Notes under the pieces: model-generated
What the model saw: the letters and a program-made list of their open reading frames with translations, nothing else
Database searches by the model: none
Told to the model about the DNA's origin: nothing
Assembly: GCF_000150275.1 (NCBI RefSeq)
Contig: NW_002060949.1
Span: forward strand, 2,849,836 to 2,913,835
Source: Trichoplax adhaerens
Lineage: Eukaryota > Animalia > Placozoa
DNA length: 64,000 nt
Direction of reading: 5' to 3'
Shown here: in pieces, positions 13,815 to 25,700 of the stretch
How the letters are laid out: every line of letters starts with the position of its first letter
Position numbering within the stretch: position 1 is the stretch's first letter
Translations under genes and position numbers: made by a program

Positions 13815-14222
13815 GTAGTCAGCGTACAAGTCGAGTCAGCGTTATGGCAAGGAGTCAGGGACTCACAGTACAATATACTGTACAAAACGAGTGCATAGTA
13901 CTGTACTGGACTGGACAGTACTGTACAGTATAGTGTACAGTATGTACAGTACAGCGCAGTACAGTAGTAGTCTCCATCGAGCAATAGTCAGTGGCTCAGT
14001 GCACAAGTCGGAGTCAGCGTTATGCAAGGAGTCAGGGACTCACAGTACAACATACTGTACAAAATGAGTGCATTGTACTGTACTGTACAGTACAGCAGTA
14101 GTCTCCATCGAGCAATAGTCAGTGCACAAGTCGAGCCAGCGTTATGGCAAGGAGTCAGGGACTCACAGTACAACATACTGTACAAAACGAGTGCAAAGTA
14201 CTGTATTGGACCGTACAGTATA
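13815..14222. repeat. Three diverged tandem copies (spacing 177 and 123 bp) in the PPP1R8/DDX24 head-to-head intergenic region
   Basis: Core cagcgttat(g)gcaaggagtcagggactcacagtacaa(t/c)atactgtacaaaa(c/t)gagtgca is repeated, with GAGTC at 13852, 14029 and 14152. Confidence 0.92.
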
Positions 14223-14565
14223 CTGTACTGTACAGTACTGTACAGTACAGTACAGTACCTTACAGTACAGTAGTGTAAACTGGACTGCAACATTCGCTAC
14301 TTAAGTACCGGGTCGTACCATTCAATACTGTACACGGTACAGTACAGTTCAGTCGCTTGCGCGTCAGTCTCTGCTGTCACAAGTACTGTACTGTAGAGTA
14401 CAGTAAGTACGGTACGCTCGATGTCATACAAATACTCTCTCTCGTGGTAAGAACACGATCGACATAAAAAAAAGAACGTTCTCTTGTGTTCGAACGCGCT
14501 CTTAAACAGTGCATAAATGCAATGCACTGTACACTGTACACTGTACAAATGTACTGTACAGTACA
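13866..14565. promoter_or_regulatory. TACAG/CTGTA-rich bidirectional promoter region between PPP1R8 (-) and DDX24 (+)
   Basis: Divergent ATGs at 13704 and 14876; dense TACAG/TACTG/TACACTG runs lie between them. Confidence 0.65.
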
Positions 14566-14875
14566 TGCGCTATTGGCTTCGGGAGTACAGACGGATAGAT
14601 TCAGCTCCACACCAGATTTTTACTTTGGCTCCTTCTCTTCTGTAGTCACTGAGCCACGCACGCGAACGAGGTAAAAGCATGCTGCCGGTGAGTAATGCTG
14701 AGCGAGTGGAATGTTGCTAATTGACTGATGAAATTGAATGGTTGAGACCTGAAAACTTCATCCACAATTTCAAATATATTATGATTGAATTAAAATGAAC
14801 TTATTTGCAAAGTAGAATACTCACTTACGGTATCTATCTTATATAACAGGTAGGTATCGGCAACATCATTGCAGC

Positions 14876-17800
14876 ATGACGTTCAATATTAAAGGTAAAT
14901 GGCAGTCTATAGCCATCGATTGCGAAGAAGGTATTGAGCTAGATCAGCTGCAAGGATTAGTCTCTTTTGAAGAATTAACCGATTATACTATAACAGATGG
15001 TACAGGAAAGGTAATCAATAATAATCATGCCGCTAATACTATCGATGACTAGCTATGTAGTTCCAATGAATCCCAATACTTGCTGCGTAAATGGAGTAAT
15101 ATTATACAAGAAAATACACGTAAAGTAGCTGACGTTGTTCGTTAATGGACTCTAGTTCTAATGCCATACGTAGTATGCATTTCATCTCAACGATGTGCAT
15201 GTAATTGTATACAGTACAATATCATCGATCTGCTTTTAAGTTATTGATCTCTTAATAAACAGGTCAGCGAAGTGACCAATCGTTCCAAAAATAAATCTGT
15301 AAAAAAGACCCCCAAAAAGGACGCCAATAAAGTTGAAGAAGAAAGTACTGTTGAAAATCCACACGATGATGGAAAAGGTAAACTTATTTTCATTCTATAC
15401 AGTAGAAGCATCTTTACTATAGACACTGGATACTCTTTTTCTCTCTTTGAGTGACTTTGTCAAGTTTGTCTTTACTGACAGCGATTTTGCTTGTAAGTGA
15501 ATTCTTCAAAGCAAACATCGGGTCATATACTACTGGACGCGTATACTGTACTAAGTACTAATGCCTATATGTGTAAATGTAGTTGAAAGAACTGTGATGA
15601 GAATCATACTGTAGTTATTTTCTCCTTTATGACCAGCTATATGGCTAATACAGTACTGTACTACCATGGTAATACGTGTTAAACTTGTATATATATATAG
15701 ATAACGTGAACATGAAAGCATGGGACTCGTTGCAAGTTCCAGAACCTGTCCTCAAAGCTTTATCCGATATGAATTTTTTAACACCAACTCCCATTCAGTC
15801 GCTATCTTTGGTAGCAGCTATCCGTGATAGGAAAGATATCATCGGAGCTGCCGAAACGGTTTGTTAAATGATATATATACAAGTATTTAGTAAACGTACC
15901 ACCTATGGTACGTGAATGTAGCTGCAATTAAGATCCAGGTTATACCTATCTATCAATAAATTTTTCTATATTTTTGATTATAATGGACAATCGAACTTTA
16001 CTGATAAGTGTTGGTGGTATATGATGAAAAAACTTCCTTTACATACAGGGCTCAGGAAAAACGTTAGCTTATGGGATTCCAATCATTCAACGAATTTTAC
16101 AACTCAAGGCAGGTAAATTTGGAGACACGTACTTTGCTAGTGCAGCTTTGAATTTCTTCGTCGGTAGCTACTAAATTAAGTAATTGATGACGACTTTTAA
16201 TATTCAAAAATAAATATCAACTCTAGATGGTAAGAAATCGTCAAAAAGAAAGTGGGACAAAGCAAACAACAAGACAGAAGTGATCAAAGAAACCCCAAGC
16301 AAAAAAAGAAAGCATGAAAAAGGAGCAAAACCTACCAGCTCTACAAGTGACCAAAAATCGTCAAATAAAACTACAGTTGATAATATGGATAATTCGGAAG
16401 TTGCGGAAAGCCCTGTATACGCTTTAGTTTTAACGCCCACTAGAGAACTTGCACTACAAGTTAGAGACCATTTAAGAAGTGCTGCCAAGTATACCGACCT
16501 AAAAGTTAGTCTAAAATACCTACTTGCATTTCAAGAGTGCAACAAAACCAATTATCAGACGTATCTTAATAGCCACGAAAACTTTTCTGCAGATTGAAGC
16601 TATTGTCGGTGGAATATCTCAACACAAGCAACAACGACTATTAAACTATCAGCCTGAAATTATTATTGCGACACCTGGGCGCATGTGGCAGCTATTAAGC
16701 GAGGTTTTTTTCTTTTATAAATTCAATTTTTTGAAATAGTAAATTTTCTACGGTATATATTTTTTAACCTTTGTGATGTACTTTTTATAGTCTCAATCTT
16801 ATGTTATGGCATTTAGGGGGAAAGCCATCTACAAACCATAAATAAGCTACCGTTACTAGTGCTAGATGAAGTTGACAGGATGATAGAATATGGACATTAT
16901 GCCGAACTATCAGATATACTGGAGAGATTACCGGAACGTCCATTAAGACAAACTTTGGTTTATTCAGCTACATTGACCATAAATAAGAATAAAAAAGTAG
17001 AAATGAAAAAAAGTGTTAAGAAGAAGTTATCTAATGAAAAAACATTTGGTAAGTCTAAAACATTTTAGGGATATGTCTGTTTTGATTTTAATTTTTTATG
17101 GATAGTCTACAATCATACAGCCACAACAAGTCAGCATTATTTCTCCAGATGGTATAGTGATAATGCGTTACAGTTGTGGAAAAATAATTTGTGAAATTTT
17201 ATTCGCGAATTCGATCCTGTTTTAGTTTTGAATTTGCTTTATAAATTCCACACTGCGTTTCCTGAGAGTTGGCTCAAAATGATCGTATTTGAGACCATAG
17301 CATAGAAACGCATATCTTGCCTGCTAAAACTTGTAGTGTTAACAAATCGTTGGTAAAGATATCTAAAATTATGAAAATTTTGGATTGGTATTTATATCAT
17401 GTGGTAGATTATTAATTCAGTTGATACTTCACGTTTTTACACAGATGCTCTAATAGAAAAACTTAAACTTGATAAAAAAGTGAAAGTCATTAACCTAATA
17501 GAAAAAGATATAACTGTAGAAACTCTTGTAGAAGCACGAATCAATTGCATGGTTGATGACAAGGTATGATTTTACTGTTACTTTTAAATTTTTACGTATC
17601 GTAGCTAGTCTTGAATGAAGAACCTGATAAATAGCCATGTTAAAATTTTTATTTCAGTTGAGCTGCTTGTACCTTTTTTGTTTACTTTTTCCTGGTAAAA
17701 CGTTGGTATTTGCAAATTCGGTATCTTGTATTAAAAAAGTTGTCGATATCTTCCGCTTATTGGAGCAACCGGCTTATCCACTCCATGCTAAGATGCAACA

Positions 17801-19492
17801 ACGACAGCGTCTCAAAAATTTGGACAGGTTTTATTCAACTACTGTGATTTATATTAACATGCATACATGCGATCCTCATTTGATATAAAATTTATGTATA
17901 TTATAGGTTCAAATCGTCTCCTAGTGGGATTTTATTTTGTACCGATGTCGCAGCTCGTGGAATTGACATCAAAGATATTAAATATGTTATTCATTTCGAG
18001 TTGCCTAAAGCAGCTGAGGTAAGCTATGTGAGATACAGCATAGCTCTATATCAGTTATTGCTTCACTAAAAGAATACTTTATGGACAGCTATATGTTCAT
18101 CGCTGTGGTCGAACGGCTCGCGCTGCTAGCGAAGGTATGAGCATTGCGCTCCTTAGTCCGAGAGATATACAGTCTTATAGAAATATTACAAAGGTGCTTA
18201 ATCGAGGTAATTATAAATGGAGACTATAGTCAGGAAGGTTCATCTTGCTTTGAAGTAAATTTCTACGTTTTTATTTATATCTAATGTAAATATAGATATA
18301 CCCGAATTTCCTTTGGATCGGTCATTTGAAAGAGATGTTAAGCGCCGGATGGTCCTCGCCGAACGTATAGTTAGCTTGGAAAAAACGTATGTGTACAATA
18401 CAGCAATTATTGCATGTGGTATACGAAATACGCGTATGCGCAATTATAAAGTTATCAACTTATTGATGGTACGTAAATATTTTTCTTAGTTCATCAAGGG
18501 AAAAGTCTCGTAAAGCTTGGCTTAAAACAGCGGCCGAGGCCTTAGATGTTACGTTAAATGACGAAATGTATCCTAACTAAAATTTGCAGTTGATCTGGTA
18601 CCTTACCTAACTTAGCAACAGTAACTGAATAGTAAGCAGGATGTATGATCGATTGACCGTATACAGTAGTACCTTATAAATTTCTTGCATTTACTTCGTA
18701 TTGTCTACATGCAATATATTTTCTTGTTGTAAACGTCTTTAACGAATTTCTAGCGACTTGTCTGTCAATGCAAGATCCGAAAATGAAAATTCAATCAAAC
18801 TAGCAAGAAGTAAATATTGAATAACTTTTTCAAAATATAACGAATCTATGTTGCTAACGTAGCATCGTATAATACTCTCCCAACTCCCATTTTTCAGTTT
18901 ATTGTAACAAACCATATAGGATTAATACTGTAATAGGCATCTCAAAATTAAATTAAACGTAAAAGCTGTACTAATGCAGGATGTATATTATCGTATGACA
19001 GAGATGCTCACAACGCAGTTGAAATTACCGTTAACAACCCGCAACTTTTCTGGAAATTTTCCCGCCACAAACGAAATTCTTTCGACTCCTCGTTCCGGTA
19101 CGTATAACTTACATAGTTTATGTATAGCTTCAATACATGAAGATTTTCGTTATCATGGATACGAGTTTTTTGTACTGAATCATTTTATAATATTATATAT
19201 ACTGTATATCATCAATAACTCTGAGTGCTTAACAGTGATGATTTTCTCGTGTTTACAATCCTCAGATGATCCTATTACGCCAAATAAAGATGATAGTATT
19301 GCGGGAATAGAGGCTTTAAAAAAGAAGAATAAGCGAAAAACTGCCGCAAGAAGAGATGATAGTATTGTGGGAATAGAGGCTTTAAAAAAGAAAAATAAGC
19401 GAAAAACTGTCACAAGAAGAGATGATAGTATTGCGGGAATAAGAGCTTTAAAAAAGAAAAAAAAGCAAAAAACTGCCTTCAAGAAGAAATAA
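14876..19492 (+). CDS. DDX24: ATP-dependent RNA helicase DDX24 (yeast Mak5 homologue), multi-exon
   Basis: GKWQSI...GLVSFEELTDY N-terminus, Q motif (FLTPTPIQ), AAETGSGKT, LTPTRELALQV, ATPGR, LDEVDRMIEYGHYAEL, YSATLT, FPGKTLVFANS, LHAKMQQRQRLKNLDRF, TDVAARGID, YVHRCGRTAR, WLKTAAEAL. Confidence 0.95.
19289..19486 (+). repeat. In-frame 66-bp x3 tandem repeat in the last DDX24 exon
   Basis: Units start at 19289, 19355 and 19421 and encode DDSI(A/V)GI(E/R)ALKKK(N/K)K(R/Q)KT... Confidence 0.95.
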
Positions 19493-19760
19493 GACAGCAA
19501 GTCCTGGGAACGAGCATAATGGTCTTATGTATATATATAAGCTTCAAAGAAAGATAATTTAATGTTTTTATTTATTTTGAAAAACCATATCACAATTTTA
19601 AATAATTTTTCCTTAAGAATAATGTTGGATGACTGAGATAATTTCCTCTAATGTGTTAATGTACTAAATTACTGCGAACGATCGCAATTGAGCCCTTACT
19701 GCTCCTCTTTATCTGTACAATATATCTGTTTGGAATAAAACACTGGTATAGATTTATTAC

Positions 19761-22156
19761 TCAATGATCTGATAGTAAGCAGCAAATGCTGGTTAATCTC
19801 AAACCGATATTTTCATTGACAACTTCTGTTATCTGAAAGGTTAATGGAAAAACGTTATTGAAGATTTCTCATCTATGTTCACTTATAGATACGTGCCAAA
19901 ACTTACAGCATTTGATTCATATTTCCATATCTTGATCCATCCATCTGATAGGGCAGCAACAACGACATTAGGCATCGTTGGGTTTGACGTTGAGCAGACT
20001 TTCATAGCTTTTATCCTAATAATGTACCATTGATCGTATATCAGTCATATATGCGTAAGGACAAATGAATAAATTGGAAACACTAATCGTCATGTACGAT
20101 AGCAGACAGCTATAATAGACTCTTTAGTTGGGAAATATCGTGTTTCTACACACACTAGCGCTAATTTACAGATGCGATTAAAAGTTTGCAAAAAAATAAG
20201 TAAATAAATTTGGTTATGAGATACTTGGTATTTCTAGAAATACAATATACTCCACCTGCTAGATAATTTTGCTGATTCCGATGAACAACTTTCACTGCTT
20301 ATTTCATATAATTTCAGAATTGAATTGTCGCCAGTTATTGCTACAATATTCTCCTAGATATAAAAACGTAAACAATGCACAATTAGCATAGAGCTTCATC
20401 TTGTTTGAAAATTTTAACATACCGAGATGAATTGTAGTGAAGTGATTCGGCTCTGAAAATCCACTTTATGTACAAATGAAGCAGTCTGAAAATTAACGTT
20501 AAACATTTAAATCTATTTTAAGTTAACTGCCTAGTCAGTTTTCTGGGTAAAGTTAGCTTACCTTTAATTCATAAAAAAAAGCCTTATTTTTTACAACTAA
20601 AGCGTAAAGATGACCAGAGGGCGACCACTGTACGATGGGTACATCTGGATTGGAGAATTTGGTAGACAAGTGATGTTTATTTAGATATCAATCACTTTTT
20701 ATTAAATGAAATTGCAATTACCTTCTTTGCAGTTAACAATGTAAGACTGTCTGCCGGTGACTAGGTTCCATACTCTAAAGTTGGAAAAAGTTGTTAATTA
20801 AATAGTATTAATATCGTGTAACAACAAAAGACGCTTGCGTATTGCGATCCTGCAAACATCAAGGCGGCAGCATACCTACCTCATAGTTTTGTCTTTTGAT
20901 GTTGTCATAGCCATATTATTTGAAGGGTGCACAGCCAAAGAATTTATAGCTGATCTTTGAGGAGGGAATTTGATAGTAAATATAAGTTACTCAATCACAG
21001 ATATAATTTGAAGGGAGATCCCATACGAAGTCAATATCATACTTGTGTCCTTTGAAATTTTTCAAGCATTCCCAAGATTTACATTTCCAAATTGTTAGGA
21101 TACCATCTTCTGCAGTACTTAACAGATGTGATTTTGATGCAAATTCTAATCCCGTTACAGTACCTATAGTGTAATGAGGAAAGCATTTCGCATAAAACAA
21201 ATTTCAAGTTCTCTAGCCTGTAACGAGTAGCAAAGCATTACCGTTGTGATGCATCAGAGTTCCTAGCTCTATTCTCTTGTTGAAACTGTATAGCCTGCAA
21301 TGCAAATCATCACAATTTAATGATCTATTTTATAATACTGCACTGAATTATTGACTGTATAACTATGAACTATGCATATTTCGAGGTTGCTGATAAGTGC
21401 ATGCTGTTGAATTATTTTATATTATACTGTACTGTACTGTATATTCTGTATACACGTAAACGTATATAATTATTTACTATTGAATATGCACAATCGATCG
21501 TCATTACTGAACTATACATGAACGAGTAATTCAGACTCCTGATGGCATATACTGTATGGGACACTAATAATGTCTGCATAGCATCATATATAGAGAATTG
21601 AATGTATCAAATCCTGGATTTGGTTAGTAATTGTAGGATTAGGCCAATTATTTGGCCTATTCTTAATGCGTACGTTAATGTATTTGGAAATTCATCGATG
21701 CAAGCAGTAGAGAGTATGGCTATTGTCTATTGTGCATATATTATTGCTCCAACCGTTATAGCAGCGCATCAAGACCTCTTACTGTACAGTACTCTATGAT
21801 CGAATATTCCAAATTTCTATCTTAATATCGCTGACAGAATAAAAATGAATTCTATCGAAAATAAATGAATAGTACCTAACGCATTCGTCTGTACTACCAG
21901 AAGCGAAGTAATCACCGGTAGCAGCAAGGGCCTTCACATTACCTGAATGGTTTTGATTGGAAAAATCTAATGCAAAATCCTATTTATAGAGGTCAATTTA
22001 GAGAGAAATGGATAGCTATAAATGGAAAGCTATGATGTTGCCCAATTCATTTTTAACATATCATAATAACTAATGCAAAACCTTGCTATCAGAGCCATCA
22101 ATATCCCAATGGAATCCAAGTACTTGTCCATCATAATCACCCACAATCACCTCCAT
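19761..22156 (-). CDS. PAK1IP1: PAK1-interacting protein 1 (WD40; yeast Mak11 homologue), multi-exon
   Basis: MEVIVGDYDGQVLG, HSGNVKALA...ASGSTDECVRLY, ELGTLMHHNGTVTGLEF, HLLSTAEDG, WECLKNFKGHK, AVHPS, SKDKTMRVWNLVTGR, QWSPSG, RIKAM, RLTSI; GT-AG exons. Confidence 0.92.
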
Positions 22157-22249
22157 CCTGCGGTTGGTTTAGCCTCGATCACACACGGCTTGTGTTGCAG
22201 CCTCGACACAAAGTGATGTCACTCGTGACGAATGACTTCCGTCGTTCGT

Positions 22250-22660
22250 AGTACTGTGCCACGAACTACGGTACTAACTACAGTACTAAAGGTAAGATTT
22301 ACTGTACTGTACAGTACATTGTACGGTATAGTGTTGTACTGTACTGTAGTCTACAGTATGACTGCCGCGGAGTCTGTCTGTATAGACGTACGCTAGTGAC
22401 ATTGTTTTTGCTAGCGATTTAGTACAGCGCTTAAAAAGTAGTCCACGATACTGTATCGCTGTGCATCACGCTAGTACTGTACCATACAGTAAGCTGAAAA
22501 TGAAAAGCTTATTATTTATCTCTATAATAAACATTGGTAATTCTAGTTTCAAATATAATGTCGCAATACTGTACAGTGTACAGTCAGGGTTTGAACAGTT
22601 CAGCACAGTACTGTACTGTACTGTACTGTACTGTACACTGTACACTGTACAGCGTACACA
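22250..22660. promoter_or_regulatory. TACAG/CTGTA-rich bidirectional promoter region between PAK1IP1 (-) and RTEL1 (+)
   Basis: ATGs are only ~560 bp apart (22156 and 22719); TACTG run at ~22609-22635 plus TACTGTACAGT cores. Confidence 0.65.
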
Positions 22661-22718
22661 GGCGCACAAGCAAAATCGAAAATCTCGCGGGCTTGAGAGA
22701 TATCCAAAAAATGAAAGG

Positions 22719-25700
22719 ATGGTCCTGGTCGATGTCCGCGGCATTGAAGTCGATTTCCCATTTAATCCCTATCCATGCCAGTTAGATTACATGACTAATG
22801 TTATACAATGCCTGCAAGAGGTAGAACTCCAAACTTTTCATTGAGAATACATAGGATAGAGGCCTAAAAAAATAACCATAGCAGTTTATAGTACTGTTCT
22901 AAGTGAATTTCAATGAAGAAGCTCTTTGTAACTTGTCGCTCGTACAGTACGTGCTTGAACTTGATTCAGCCCAAGTTGTTACAGTCGCCGTTGAATAGAC
23001 GAAGTATATACTGTACACTAGCAACTTTAAAGTACTGATCTAGCCACTTACAAAGTACAGTATAAAAATAAAATTCTCTATCATACCATACATAAACATG
23101 GCGAATCAACATCCTCTGAATTTACTAAACCAAGCAAGTTGATGCTGATATCTTTACCTACTTTTAGGGAAAAAATGGTATTTTAGAAAGCCCAACTGGC
23201 ACTGGTAAAACGCTATGCCTTCTGTGTGCTTGCTTGGCTTGGCGACAAACTTACGTTGCTCAGGTACAACTTAACCAACGGATACAAATGCAACAATTGC
23301 AACAGAATCCAAATACGGACAGAAATAGTCAAGATCTAAAAGAACACTTACAAGATGATATATCTCAAGCTCTATTTGGTAGTAATCGCAATGACGGTAA
23401 GCGAAGATTTCCCCTATTCATGCACTGAATCGTTAATCAACAACTATGGTACAACACTAGCCGTACTGTAAAATAGGTTTCCTTCTTTTAAATCGCCCTT
23501 TTTCATCTAGTGCGCTTTCATGCTATACAGCATATTAGTGGCCTTTCACCAAACGCTGATTAGTGTCGATAATTGATATAATCAAATATACCTGTATTCT
23601 ATCCATTTGTAGGTACAACAATCTTTCAAGTGCCGAAGATAATTTATTCTTCACGTACTCATTCACAATTATCCCAAGTCGTCAATGAATTAAAACATAC
23701 TATTTATAGGTGAGTGGAATGATTTCAGCTAATTACAGTAGTTAGGTATTAGGGAATACAGTGATACTGTACAGTATATATGTAGTATGTAGTACCGTAA
23801 GAAAATGAAATATGATAAGAATCTGTCAGAATATGAGCATCGTTGTCATCAATAATATGTGTTAACGCTCTCGTGCAAATAATTTCATATTTCTGCATGA
23901 GTTGTAATGAATTGCCAAAGGAGCTTACTGGTATTACGCACAGTATCCATTGGCGATTTACGTATTGACAACACCCCTGCAATAATACTAAAATTGACGT
24001 TTATTGAAAGTATACAACAAATATCAGAGTTATACACTAAACAGTAAACGAATTAGCAAGTATTCTTTTTTCCTGTAATTGTAAAATAACACAATTGCAC
24101 TCTTGTTAATGTCTACAGGTCTTTAACTACAGTAATTACGCGTGACTACATTATACTGTTGTTGTATTAACTTACTTTTAAAGTATTATGCGTTATCTGT
24201 ACGTCTTTGTGATAGAATTCTTATTGTGCAGTTTGTAAGGTTTTTCCTTTAGAATTCAAGTACATCCTTCACAATTTTTAAACACTTTGTATGAGCATAT
24301 TCTGGATAAGCTATCTGAACTATCACCATTTTTTATCCATCTAGGCCGAAAATTTGTATTCTAGGATCTCGTGAACAAATGTGCATTCATCCTGAAGTAG
24401 CAAAGTTACAAAGCAATACAGCAAAGGTCATTCATATACGTAGTGTTAACTGGACTATTTAACTAATAAAAATGTCTGTATATATTTGTTAATCAAACAT
24501 GTTCTTTTTTAATTTATTATTTATATCAATACAGATTCATGCATGTAGAGCTAAAGTAAATGCCCGAACATGTCATTTCTGCAATAATGTAGAAAGTAAG
24601 TATCTTTAATTAATTATCGTTTTGATATACTATAACTCGATAATTAACGTCTTTGTCATGTTCATTCATTAATTAAATTAATTATAGCAATAATTATTTA
24701 ATTGACAAATTTTTAATTCTTAATTCTTATTCTATTAGCAAAAAAAGATGATCCTAGTTTTTCGGAAAATATCTTGGATATTGAAGAGTTGGTCGAATTA
24801 GGAGGAAAACAGAAGTAATTACTTTTAGTTATGATATCATTTTTTAACTGTAGACTCTGGGGCTGTTGCTTATGATGAAACTGTTTCTTTTATCACTCAA
24901 ATATGACTTAAAATGATTAATTCTCCACCAACACTGAGGCGACAGAGTAGCAAATATGTAATTGCTATCACTGTACTAGAATACTTATTTTCGGTCTTGC
25001 ACCTCATCCCTAAATTTTTTATGTGCACGATTTACTTACTACGTATATAGGGTTTGCCCTTATTACATGGCAAGAGAGCTAAGATCCAATGCCGATATAG
25101 TTTTCATGCCTTATAATTACCTCATCGATTTCAAGGTAGTTTTTAAATGATTTTTCGACTGTATGTATCTGTGCAATGTTAATTCTTAGATTACCGGTAC
25201 GTAAATTTAGTCTAGGCAATCGAATAGCATTGATATGAAGAATGCAATTATCATTTGTGATGAAGCCCATAATTTGGTATTTTTCATGTTTTTAATTTCC
25301 TCATATTAATATTTCACTGTGATTCATTGTAGTCAACAACTCAATCGAATCTGTCTAATACTTCCATCCATATACCGACATAATTATACAATTATATCAT
25401 TCTAGGAAAAAATTTGTGAAGATTCAGCTTCTTTTGATCTTTCATCAGCCGATATTGCTAACTGCATAGATGAAGTTGACAACTTTATTAATATTCTTCA
25501 AAGAATAAAGTCAACTACAGATAGCGAAGAATATGACGCAACAGGTATGCGATGCAATGTTAATAATGTCATTGGAAGACTATTTCAATAGGATTCAGCG
25601 ATTTCATTGTAATAGACTCTTAGGCTTTTGCGTATCCGTAATCTATTTTGTAGTATAACATTGAAAGCTTATAAATACCAAATATTATTTATAACGTCCA

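Noticed and set aside
13745-14674. Cluster of overlapping Y/C/T/V/Q-rich ORFs (similar ones at 3794-4382, 6784-7137, 22466-22785, 43133-43336, 48497-48878)
   Set aside because: They are translations of the stop-poor TACAG repeat on both strands, not protein-like sequence.
19180-19500. Hydrophobic repeat ORF on the minus strand
   Set aside because: Antisense shadow of the lysine-rich DDX24 C-terminal repeat.
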